Of a stretch of DNA of 64,000 nucleotides, positions 1 through 12,329 are shown piece after piece. The position numbers were made by a program, and so were the translations under genes. The notes beneath the pieces are model-generated. The model saw nothing but the letters and a program-made list of their open reading frames with translations. It had not been told where the DNA came from and made no database searches. The stretch's first letter is position 1; the number at the start of each line of letters is the position of its first letter. The stretch lies in NCBI GenBank assembly GCA_964106645.2, contig OZ067043.1; one strand, 5' to 3'. The DNA comes from Podarcis pityusensis (lineage: Eukaryota).

Positions 1-9
1 AACACCTAA

Positions 10-170
10 CAGTCATGGGAAAAAGAAAGTACACCCTCTTTGAATTCTGTGGTTTTACATATCAGGACATACCATGTAATAACAATTATCTGTTCCTTAG
101 CAGGTCTTAAAATTAGGCAAATACAGCCTCTGATGATCAACAACACATATTACACTGTGTCATGTATTTA
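10..170 (+). mobile_element. Tc1-like DNA transposon terminal fragment
   Basis: CAGTCATGGGAAAAAGAAAGTACACCCT resembles vertebrate Tc1 TIR ends; no partner end seen. Confidence 0.6.
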
Positions 171-1730
171 AGGCCAAATACTTATAAGACTGTTCCACAA
201 GTATCTTTGGCTTTCTGGGAAAATAGTAAAAGTACTCCTGCACAACGTCAGGTAGAGTACGTACAGTCTACACAAGCCTTCCATTTGGATACAACCAGTG
301 TTATTTTGATAAGCATGAACTAATATGCAATTCACATAAGAGAAACATGGTTAATATTACATTTTAACAGAAATTGTTAATACATATTTATTTTGGTGTT
401 TACAGTAAAAATGTTTGTACCATACTTCAGCTCTCAAAACACTCCACTCTTTATTGTTAAACTCCTTAACATATTGTCTATCCTTGACATATAGTTCGAA
501 GCTTCAAAGCACATACATTTCAGTAATCCTTGAGTGTTAGCCAGTCACAAAAAATGGCACCCAGACTTTCTGAGGTGCTCGTAAATGGAGAAACTTTAGG
601 TGCAAAATGCGCCTGGCACCCTGCTAATTTCTAACCCTCGATACAATGAACCTGTGCTGCCAAATGAATGCCAAACTGAGCATGCATGTGGTCAACTGCT
701 CAGGAGTTAGTACTGGAAAAATGATAGTTCAGGCTTTCTGCAAATTTAGCAGGCAACCTTTCTAGACCAGAAACAACACACTTCATTTGTGTTAACCAAG
801 AAGAATGAATTAAGGACCACATGCAGAGCAGTAGCGCTTGGTGAACTGAGTACTTATATCATCACAGTGATGAAAGCAAACACAAGGCACTAATGTCAAG
901 TTACCATAGTCCAATTTCTGTCTCCCAATAAAACCTGTAGACGTTTAAAAAATTATCTTGAACCAGCAAAGGTCCTGGCTTTAAAAATGAGCAATCACTG
1001 GATGCTAATAGTAGCAATTTGTCTAAGCATTCTGTGGGCCTTCAGAATTGATGTCATGAATAGGCTTCCAAATTTAGAAAGGATGAGTCAAAGACAAAAG
1101 TGATCTGCAAACTGCCTCTTAAGGATTTTAGGAAAGACACGTACTTCTGAAAAGGCAGACAAGGGTTTATGGGCCAGTGGAAGCAAATGGATTTTTAACA
1201 CAATGAGTTGGCATCTAAGAGCTGAAATACACAATCCAAAGTCTCACTTGATGAAACTGATGCTGGACTGCAGGTAGGAAACTGAATGCTCTCCAGCGTG
1301 CAAACATTTTCTAATACCTGCGCATACAAATAGCAGGCTGGGCTCAACATGCTAGCCTGAGATGTGCAGAAAGTATTCACGTGAAGCACCACAGACCAAA
1401 GTCTTCTAATATTCTGACAAGTTCACAAATTTCATTGCCAAATAAGCCAATACTATGCTTGTAAATGAAGTTATCAAAAGCAGACTTCCACCATGCTGCT
1501 AGGTGGGTTTTTTTTATCCAGAGAGCAAAAAGGTTTACAGCTTTGTTTTACTAAGTTTATGTTTAACATGGCACTCACTATTTTAAGGATTTTATTGATT
1601 TCCAACTCAGCATTAATGCTTCCTGTAAATTACAATAGCTTGGCTCAGCTTCAAAAGGAACAGCTCCCAAAACAGCCATTTTTAAAGCTATGAATGACCA
1701 TCAGAAACAGGGTTGGGCATGCTTAAGGAA

Positions 1731-1960
1731 AGGGGCCATAGCTCATTAGTAGCCAGGAGTTTACAGCCCAGCAGCAGCTGGGCCATGTTGTACCTCACAC
1801 TACCCTTCATGCACTAAGTGCTCAGTGGTATAGCATAGGGTTTGCATGCAGAAAGTTCCAGGCATCTCCTGCTAAAAAGTTCAGGTAGCAAATGAAGGGA
1901 CATCTCTGACAGAGACAGGGAGAAGCCCTGCCAGTTCAAAAAGGGCCAAACTAGCACAAT
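1731..1960 (+). mobile_element. Degraded tRNA-derived SINE
   Basis: GGGGCCATAGCTCA and GCTCAGTGGTATAGCAT...TTTGCATGCAGAAAG, a tRNA-Ala-like head, interrupted and decayed. Confidence 0.5.
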
Positions 1961-2407
1961 CATCAGCTCTACAAATTGCAGGTACAGGAGCCTGATTCAA
2001 ACCTGGAACGGGGGCTTTGGCCTTTTGCCCTATGCTGTGGGTCCGAATATGGATTAGGCCCTGCTATTTGCATTGGAGGAAAGCTTCCACCCCCCCCCCC
2101 AGCTATGAATATAATAGACTTCTACCCCCAACTCTGTGCTGACACTTATTGGGACAGCAGCAGGGAACAAAGGGTGAAAGCCACCAGCCTTCAACTTCAG
2201 GGTCTGAATCAGACCTTGCACCTGAAACTTCCTTTTAAAAAGCCATCTGCATAACTGGTAACTCTGTGAATGATGTTGTGCCTAGTTTTGCTTATGGCCT
2301 GACCTGGTATGTTCCTACATTTCCAAGAAAGGGACCCAAGAGGCTACAGGTTTCACTCATGTACAAAGAGCACACACACACCAGCCAGGCCTTTGGCCAA
2401 GGAGGGG

Positions 2408-2447
2408 TGTGTGTGTGTGTGTGGGTGTGTGTGTGGGTGTGTGTGTG
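2408..2447. repeat. Interrupted (GT)n microsatellite
   Basis: Direct reading. Confidence 0.9.
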
Positions 2448-5400
2448 TTGTTTTGCTCTTGCCTGAAGTTCTCTCCATATTAGGTTCAATAATAAAAATT
2501 TCAAGTTGCGATTTTAAGACAGAGCATCTTCATAAACGTGTAGCAAGGACATCTTGCATTAGAGATTAAAAAGCTGAAGGCAGGCACATGTGTCACTGAG
2601 TAAACCTGTTTTTACTAAACCAACTCCGCTAGCTGAACTGCTTAGTTGAAGGCCTTTTCTATAAAATGGCCGAGCATGCACATACCACTCTCACAGATTG
2701 CCCCTTTCAGAAAACCTTGGACACATCCCATTATCTTGACATGCAATTGAGGCCTGCCCTCTAGATATCTGTTTAGAATGACTCACCACTACATTAAGAG
2801 CACTGAGTCACCTGGATATACACAAAAGACAAAAAGCTGGCTCTCTGCTGAATGCAGGCATCAGCTTTAACATGCACAGCCCCCTAACAACCTGTTGAGA
2901 GCAACACACCTAGAGCATATACTCTTGAAAACACATGCCCCCATTTGCAGGAATACTGCCTCACTATTTGGACTGTTTCAATGAAGGAATAAAACATTAA
3001 CAAAGATATGATTACAGATTTCAGTAGTCTGAATAGAACTTAAAATTCTCCTGCTTGTAAATATTATTCTTTTGCTTTATACCAGAATCAAGTATCGGAA
3101 ATGTGCTGCAGAATGCAGTTAATACTCCAGAGAAATGAACAGGCCTGTGTATATTCTAAGCCACCCTTCACAAGCAATCCCCAATATCTAGGGAAGACTA
3201 GTCCATGCCCTGGATGTTTCCTTTCAGGTTTAAAGCGTGTCATCCTTATATATGGCATATTGTTGAAGCAAGAGATTCAAAGATGCTGTTGATGGTAATG
3301 GAACAGGGAGAGAATACACAGGTGTTGGGGGAAGCAGTAGCTAGAATATGGAAAAACTGAGAAGCAGTTTCTCTAACCACCCACAGCAGTTTTTTTTTGA
3401 GGGTGCAGGAGGGTGCTGCAGTAGGGAGAAGTGCATATGTCTGCTCAGCTCAAGTACTGATGGCTTTAGATACAACTGACATTAAAGCAGCATCTTAAGA
3501 TAGGAAACCGCAACAGAACTCCCATATCTTTATGTCCACCCCAAAATATCAGCCAGTGATAAAGAGCTGCCGGACTTTCAGAATACCCAACTTCCTGTAC
3601 CTTTAAGTGATCCAGGGACAGTGTAGCTTTAGCTTTAGTTCCAAGGGGATTTATATGTTGGAGATTGCCTATAAACAAAAGAAAAAGGGGAGAAAGTCAG
3701 AAAGATGCTTTTGAGTAGTACAGTATTATACTATTCCACAATGAACTACTTATCCACATTATCAGGAGCAGCATTTGGAGAAAAATTCTCATTAGATAAA
3801 ATTGTTCAGCACATATGCTTTGAAAGGTTTAGAAATGTTTACTTTTTCAGAAGTGTTAGCTATGAAGTCATTCCAGAGAGGATCTTCAAGAGACAGCACC
3901 CATTAGAGTTAAAAATTAGCCAGTAATTATTTGACACTCTCAAAAGGGAGGCACGCCTGGCACCAACTCTGTCATCATTTTCGCCTCAGGCAAAAGTGTT
4001 TTTGTCTTCCTGGGCATCATCAATTGGATGTTTTTATTCTGAATGTTTATATTTGTGCATTTTAAATATTGTATTACCTTCTTGCTGCAAATCGCTTCAG
4101 GGCTTTATGTTGTTGGAAGCGATTCATAAATTGAATAAACCTAAATCTAAACAAAGCCAGTTCACTCCCCAAAAGGCTGATTTGAAGCATTTCACTATTC
4201 CAAACATTTTTTGAGGTGGTTAAATGACAATATTTGATGCCTCCTCTTTAGAGCCAGCAAGTTGTTGATCCTGAAGAAAGAGAACAGAGAGTCTTGTTTC
4301 CATTTTGCCAAAACAAGCCCTGTAAGTATGCTTGAACTGTGTTTAATTTTGGCAACTGTGCCTTCTTAACTGTATCTTGGTGCTACCTATTAACAGCCTC
4401 TTCTCAGCCTGCACAAATCAGAATTATACACACACATAAGCACACACATATAAAGCTCACAATGATAATACATGTCTTTCTGCTCTGGCAACAGAAAGGC
4501 AGTCTGCTCTGAGATTTCATAGCTTGCTGTCCCCTCCTGCTAGGATTAAGTGGAACCAAGAAATAATACTTCATTGTTTATAGATTCCATTAAAATATGA
4601 TGCTAGGAATGTGCAAGAAACCTACCTGTGCAGGTTTATAAGCAGTTACGTGTAGCAATGACCCCCTGATTTAAGTCTTCAACCACACCAACACACTTGG
4701 GCTGTGAATTTCAGGTGTGTCAACTCTCTACATTTTATAGGGAATGAAACCCAATTGAAGTGTGATGACAGCCATGCCCAATCATGCATAGTTAAGTGAA
4801 ACCAGCTGTGCGAACTTAAATCAGGCCTGAGTACATTTCAAAAAGTAGCTTCTACAGATACTTTGATCAGTGCTGCACTTTTTAAAAAAGTTACAGAACA
4901 TTCATGAACATTCCTATTTAAATAGTAATTTCTTCATGGCAAATGCCTTAGATTAATCCAAGTTAGTTACTGCAACACATCCTCATGTTAAACAACTGCC
5001 CTGTGCCCCAACATAATTGTGACATGCTTACTGTTTCGTACAAAGGAAGTGGTGGACTGCAGAAATCTGATGACCATGAAGAATAAAGTTAGAGCGGCTA
5101 GCGAAATGGAATGCATTTTGGTTAGACTGTCGCCCTATCAGATCTCCCTTTTCCTCACTCCTAGTCAATGTTGTTGTGAGCATAAAAGATGGCTACACCA
5201 CTCCTGATATGTAACAGTGGAGATGTTAGACAAAATAGGCATACAGCTTCCTCCTCTGCAAGACAAACGGATCAAATGATGCAATATGTGGAGATATGTA
5301 GCTAGCTAGGAGTTTTATGGAGCATCAGCAACAAGGCCAAGTTGTACCACAAACTAGAGCAAACTGACCTGACAAAGACATCGTTGACAATGCTTTAAAA

Positions 5401-6520
5401 GACAACACATTTGTCACTGGGATGCTAGTGACTACAATAAAGCTCAACATAAAAAGATTCTAGAGACTCTTCCTGATCTCCATCCAGCTTGTTACACACC
5501 CATCTTGCTGGGAAAGATTTGCTGCCCTATACATATGATTCATTATTCTTGTGTGTTGTAGAAGATGCCATACATACACTACTTTTGTGGGACTCCAGAT
5601 GCTGGCATTGCTTGCTAGGGCTGATGGGAGTTGTAGCTCAGCAACATCTGGAGGGCCAAAGGCTCCCCGCTCCTAATCTACAACTTTGACATATGCTTGT
5701 ACCATGGGATCATTATTACCAAAAAGTTACATTCAAAGTCTCTTAAAAACCAAGGTAAGCAAGGCAAAATGTCAAGACTTCAATAGGCTATGTATGAACA
5801 TGATCTATCAAGTTAGCATAACAGCCCATAAAGAGCTCTCACACAGGAGGTTATACGATAGTGTGCTAGTGATACACACGTCCAAATAGGTTGCAGCCTC
5901 TGAATATTGGGGTCTTATGATAGTTATTAAAACCCCATGCTGGGGTGTAACACTTGCCAACCACCAAGTGATTTGTCTACATTTCTTTCAAAGTTCTAGG
6001 AATAATTGGTGGGAATTTAAGTACCGGTACTTGTTTCCCGACTGCCTGAACGTTTAACCTTTACGTTCCTAGGGACAGAGGTGTCTTATGTCTGCCATTT
6101 ACACAAGTCACATGCAATAACAGGTAGCAAATAACTTTGAAATGGAAACAGCAACAGCAGCTTTACATGTTAGAAAATCTACTACAGAAGTTCTGTAACT
6201 ACACTGCAAGCCAAAAAAAAGTTTGCAATCTGCCCAACTATTCACCAATTGCTTACAGATCGAGTTCTCTCTTGCTCCAGGCAAAACTGGCCAGACCTCT
6301 TCCGAAAAACATGGACATGCTTTGATGTTCCTAACAGTGCAGACTGTCAGTGTTACATATGACTGCAAGACAGAGGAAGAACCCACCTCTCCCCTCATGT
6401 TTTGCTAGTTTGCTTGCAAGAGCTATCTTAATGGCACTATAAGATTACATTACTACCACTATGATTTGTGCTACGCTCAGTAATATATTTGTGGTATGTG
6501 CTATATGTTTGCCAATGCAC

Positions 6521-6546
6521 TGTGTGTGTGTGTGTGTGTGTGTGTG
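6521..6546. repeat. (TG)n microsatellite
   Basis: Direct reading. Confidence 0.9.
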
Positions 6547-6814
6547 GAGGAAGAGAGAGAGAATACATTTGGATTCAAGCATACTCCCCAAGATTGGATT
6601 TTCAGGTCTTAACATGTACATTATGGGGTCCTGAATGTTTTTATCATCAACATTTTCAGGGGTTCACTTATTACCAACACAGATAACCTAGACTTCAATC
6701 TTCTTGTGGTTCTAAAGAACACTGTTCCTCAAAACCCCAGGAACTTCAGATATACCAACTACATTTTCATTGTGCTGGACAGTACATGACTAGGGACTCA
6801 TATTATGACATGCT

Positions 6815-7361
6815 AAAAGGGACGGAACAGGGAAGAATTGGGTACTCCATGCAGATGGAGGATTGGGAAAGATTGTGGCAAAAGGATTTAAAATTTACAG
6901 CCTGCTACACAATAAAAGAAAACTTCATGAAAATGCTATACAGGTGGTACATAACCCCCAGCAAACTGGCCAAAATATATAAATCAAAGTCAAGTGTATG
7001 CTGGAGGTGTAATCAAGGGGAAGGAATGATGTACCACATGTGGTGGGGTTGTGACAAAATTAATTTTGGGGGGAATTTTGTCTATGACGAATTTTTTTTT
7101 AAAATGTTCAAAAAAAAATTGAGAAGAAACCTGAAGCCTTTCTTCCGGGCATTATGACAATTGATATTTCAAATGATTAAAAAGGGTGTTCCTATATGCT
7201 ACAACAGCAGCAAGAATGTTAATCGCTAGAAATTGGAAGGGGGATAGGACACCAACAAAGGAAGAATGGCAAATCAAATTGTGTTAGTATTTGGAATTAG
7301 CAAAAATGACAGAGGCAATTAGGAACCAACCAAACAAAAAATTTAAAAAGGAGTGGGAATG

Positions 7362-7394
<33 letters not shown>

Positions 7395-7813
7395 TTGTTA
7401 TTTATACCCTGCCCATCTGGCTGGGTTTCCCCTGCCACTCTGGGTGGCTCCCAACCAAATGTTAAAAACACAATACAGCATTAAACATCAAAAACTTCCC
7501 TAAACTGAGCTGCCTTCAGATGTAAAAGGTTATATGGAAAACACTGTTCTCAGATAAAATCCTTGATACATTTCGACTAAATTTTACAAAGTAAAGAACA
7601 GATAAGAAATATTGTGTAAGAGAAGGGTAATAAGGAAAAACAACACAGTTGAAAAGAGAAGGAAGAAACAAGAAGCCGCACTGAAGTGGTGGGAAGTCAC
7701 TTGTAAAGAAATGTTGTTATTGTTTGGTTGATATATGTGCACAATATATGTTATGGAATATGTATATGAATAATAATTTTAAAACTCAATAAAAAGCAAT
7801 TAAAGAAGAAAAA
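6815..7813 (+). mobile_element. 5'-truncated L1-clade LINE (ORF2 C-terminus and 3' UTR)
   Basis: KMLYRWYITPSKLAKIY...CWRC..G..YHMWWGC, the CCHC zinc knuckle of L1 ORF2; frameshifts and stops; AATAAA and an A-rich tail near 7790-7813. Confidence 0.9.
7364..7519 (-). mobile_element. Short LINE (L2-like) 3' end nested in the L1
   Basis: (AAT)n tail then TTTATACCCTGCCCATCTGGCTGGGTTTCCCC; flanked by ATGTA repeats at 7359 and 7520. Confidence 0.7.
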
Positions 7814-10204
7814 GATCAGGGAAGAATTACCAGTAACTGGTAAGAACTGCCTTATAGTTCAGTCTAAAGTCTGAAGTAAGACAGGCTGAGATGTTGTATA
7901 CATTTCGTTGGATGCTATTTTTTATAGGTTTCCCCAGAAAGACAGGCAAAATCTAGATATGTAAAAGGCATACTGGTGGGGGGGGAACAGATCAGAAAAA
8001 CTGGGAGGGGGGAACCTAGGTTTTTTCCGGCGTTTTTTGTCTCAAGCTATTTGTTGTACCTTTATTGTCCATCAATATGGTATTTTAAAATATTAAGTGG
8101 TTTAGAAATATCCCAATAAAAAATATGGGGGAACCAGGTAATTGTTTACAGCAAAAGCCACTGGATGCATCAATAAAAGCTTATGCCATAATAAATCTGC
8201 CCAGTGTTAAGCCTCTACAAGACTCTGGTTTTGTTGCAACTGACTTATATAGGTATTCTTCAAGGAAGTGAAATGAAGGGTATGCATCAGTGCTTTGGCT
8301 CAATTACCATTCATTCGAGCAAGATTTGTACCTATGAGTTCCCTGATGGAATGCATTCTGTAGTTGTGAAAAGTGAAAAACAACAAAATACACACACACC
8401 ATTTCCTGGTCCCTTTAGCCTGTATGTTCCATGTCAAAAGGTACTCAAACACTTTGAAATGGAAAGAATTCAGTCTGCCGAACACAAAGATAGCAGGGTA
8501 AGCATATTTTAAGAAAGACTGCCAATTCCAAAATTGATGGCTAATACCGATGGTACCTGCAGCAATCCTTTCGTTGTAGCTGCACAAATGGAAACACCTC
8601 CTGCCTCTTTGAGACTTTCAACAGCACACGATGCTATAAAAGCAAAAAGCATTAATGCTTCTGAAACTGGTGAATTTGCCACCCTAACTCAATTCAGGCT
8701 GTCTGCAATAGCACAATAAGGTCGGTCATGTACGGCAGATGCGCAACAACTGGTAAGTTGCGACGCTCTATGGTAGGCCACACTAGCAGCACTATCAACT
8801 TTTAAGATAATAATATGGAGAAGGAGGAAAGGCAAACAGAAAGGCAAACAACCGAAGGAAGCACCATGTTGTAGGCTAAACTTCAAGTTAAATTCTAGGA
8901 CTCGGGGAGGAAGCAGCAGCAGGAGCAGTGGTGGGTGAGCAAGCTTGGTCCACAGAAAGTCTCTAGCTCTGCTCTCAATTCCATTTCAGCCCCTCTCTTT
9001 CCTCTCATCCAACAGGTCTGCACAAGGGGCAGTATTCATACACTAGACTACTGTTTAACCTTTGGGCCCAGGTATTGTTCACATATATTGTTCAACTACA
9101 ATACCCATCATCCCCAGCAAACATGGTCAAAGGTCAGGGATGACAGGAACTGTAGTCCAACAGCATCTAGGGATCCAAGATCGAAAAACACTGCACAAGG
9201 CCATACCTCCACCATCATAATTTTGATGTTATGGATCATCCCATGGTATACTACTCAAGGAAGTGTCAAAGGAATATCCTCTATGGCCCCACTTCAGTTT
9301 GTTCCTGCAATCGCTTTCAGTTTACTTAAGAGTTTTGCTAAGCAGCAGAGCAACTGGTAGGGACAAATTCTTCACACTGCACTTCAGACACTTTTGCATA
9401 TGCCTAAAACCAATGTTAGCCTAGGTTTTACAAACAAGTTCACACATTTGCATTTATTACTTGTTGACTGCAGCTTCACACAACATGTATAAATAAGCCA
9501 TCACAGATAGATCTGTATTTACTCCTAAACAATGTTTTTCAACAGATTCAGTTCACACCCTTAGCAGTTGTTTGTCAGATGTTGTGTAATCAAGGGATAT
9601 ACATCCCTTGATTAATCATCCCCAAGTAAGTCTTTGGAACATGACTTTACTAGTGTCACAAAAGCGTAAATTCACTTAGAGATCACTTCCTTCTCCTTTC
9701 ACAGTCCTATCATGCATTAAGTATCACTAAGTTCTATACGACATTTCCTAGTAAGAGTTATTAAGATTGAAGCTTTAATCTGAGAGAGCATTTTACTAGT
9801 CGGGTATGATTGTCTGATAATATATAGCACAGAATACAGTCTAGCAAAGCTGAATTTAATAAAAAATGTTAAACATTCTGGTGCAGTGTTGAATATCTAT
9901 TTGATCAAGTGTTTGGTTTGTAGGGTCACCATACAGTACTATTTAGAACATGACTTAAAACAACCAGACAGATCGTTTAAATATATCAAAAAGGTCTCTT
10001 GACTACCAGTTAACTTCTACAGGATTTAGCTTTACGATTCCATGAAACTCACAGTATTAAAATATTTTCAAGTTCTCAAGCATATAGTAAAGTGTGACAA
10101 TGTGGCTGTGACAAAGTATTGTTCGCTATAATTCCTACTCACCAGGACTGATTCAGAGAACTGGATTAGGAGATTATGCATCTGCCCCCTGTTTAGCATT
10201 ATTA

Positions 10205-10905
10205 ATATTTTTTTATTACCCACCCTTCACTCTAAGGTTCCAGGGCAGGTTAGAACATTAAAGCACAATATTAAAAACAGTTTAAAGTTGCAATAATAAA
10301 AAATAAGGTGGGTCCTAAAGATCCACACCTCCATTATACAGCATTTTGGAAGGTGCATAATGGAGGTGCCAGACATAACTCTGTGGGGAGGGAATTCCAG
10401 GGTTTAGAGGCCAACACAGGGAATGCCCTCTCCCGGCTGTCACCTGCAGGAACTTCCAAGAGTGCCCCTTCTGCTGGTTTCAGCATGCTAGAGGGTCTGT
10501 AGGGAAGGAGGTGGTCTTTCAGATATTTGGGGCCCAAATAAAGTTGAATAGGGCTTTAAACACTAATGAGAGAACTTTGAATTGTGCTGGGAAATGAACT
10601 AGTAACCAGTGCAGCTGTTTTAAAAGAGGGGTTACAGGAGATCTAAATGGAACCTCCAGCTGCTGCACTTTGGACCAACTGAAGTTTCCGAGTCATCTTC
10701 AAGGGAAGCCCCATGTAAAGCATGTTGAAATAATCCATTCTGGAAGTTATCAGAGCATGGAATACTGTGGTCAAATCTTCTCTGTCCTAAAGTGAATCTG
10801 CCAGAGTTGCGAAAAGGCAAAACCAGCTACTGAGGCCTCCTGAGCCTCCAGTGACAGTACTGAATCCAGGAACACCCCCAAATGATGAACCTGCTCCTTT
10901 CATGG
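10205..10905 (-). mobile_element. L2 LINE 3' fragment
   Basis: Minus strand encodes a degenerate LDY.N.L.MGLPLK...KLQLVQ.AAA motif of L2 ORF2. Confidence 0.8.
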
Positions 10906-10959
10906 GAGTAGGAATGGAAATATATGAAACCACTAGAAGCACTCATCAAATTGGGGCAC

Positions 10960-11600
10960 AGTGTTAGGCTGATATGCCAACTATGCTCTTTCCTGGACAG
11001 GGTTAGTTACTGTGATTCACGTGGCTACTGTAATGTGCTCTATGTGGGGCTCCCCTTGGGACTGGTCCAAAACCTGCAGCTGGTGCAGAATGCTGCGGCC
11101 AGGCTGCTGAGTGGAGCACCAGGATGTGCACATATTACACCTGAACTGAATGAACTGCACCGGTTGCCAATCAGTACCAGAGCATTTTCAAGGTCCTGTT
11201 AATCTATAAAACCCTGAAAGACTACCTGCCCCTGTTCTTAGATCATCTCAGGAAATTCTACTTGTGGCACTGCATCCTACAGAATATCATATGGTGGTGA
11301 CCCAAAAACAGGCATGCAGAGTGCCCTTCCTTCTGCTGTATGTGAAGCAGCAACCATCAGCTGCTGCAGAAGTCTTGTGAAGACGTATCTTTTCACCCTG
11401 GCTTCCCCTGACTTTGCATAAAAGCAAATAAAGCGAATTCAGAAGATTCAAATATATGAAGCATTTTTATAGTGCTGTTTTACTGGTTTCAGGTTCTGTT
11501 TTTGTTTTAATGTATTAAATATATATTGTTTTGTTTTTTAGACTGCACACTGCTGCACACTGAAGTAGTAAGTGGTATATAAATGCTTTGAAATAAAATG
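10960..11600 (+). mobile_element. L2 LINE 3' fragment
   Basis: YCNVLYVGLPLGLVQNLQLVQNAAARLLSG...HITPELNELHRLPI; ends in GTGGTATATAAAT...AAATAAA. Confidence 0.85.
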
Positions 11601-12329
11601 AAAAATTCATATCACCAAAGATGAAGCAACATATGCAAATACAAAACTATTTCAGTTTCAGAAGTGGTTCTGGTTCCAGGCTGAAGCGGAAAAGAGTACA
11701 CATCAAAAGCTTGCTCATATTGCTAAAGTTAAACGACAGGAGACCAATTAAGTTTGTGGGCATATATAGTGGAAAAAGATTAAACCATTAGAGCCATTAA
11801 GCCATTCATTACTTCCATTAGGAGATGAAAGCATTATGTTTGTAAGCAAGAACACAAAAGACTTTCCCCCCAATTAAACTAAAACTTGACAGCAATATTC
11901 CAAGGCTATCTTGGAGAAAGCAAGTCTTGGGAGAAGCCTGAAGCAACTAAAGTGTGATCCAGTAGACACTACAGGATTTAAATTACAGGCTCTACACTCC
12001 AGCATTATTTTCTTGACTAGGGAAATGAGAAAGCACATGCCCTGCAACTGACACAACTCAGGATGGAGAAGCATTACCACCTGCCTCGCACAGGTACAAG
12101 ACGAGAACATCAGGGAACTTGGCAAGGCATGTACACATTAAGAACACAATGCACATGACTATCAAGAAATGTTGAGCAGGCTGCACAATCTCACCAGATC
12201 AAGAAAAGCAAGATGAAGAGCTGGGGCAGAGACATGTACTATTGCAGCCCACTGTGCAGAGATTTGTCACCAGTTCCCCCGTTCCCCCTTTTTTTGCACA
12301 AGTAATTCGGGATGGCCAGAACGCAACCT

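Noticed and set aside
4150-4290. Strong minus-strand acceptor (CTCTGTTCTCTTTCTTCAG) at 4271 as a possible exon 2 of the left-hand gene
   Set aside because: No convincing donor or recognisable coding sequence follows.
8720-8786. CpG-containing hairpin followed by CTAG, like a Helitron 3' end
   Set aside because: CTAG is not followed by T, no 5' TC end was identified, and there is no second copy.
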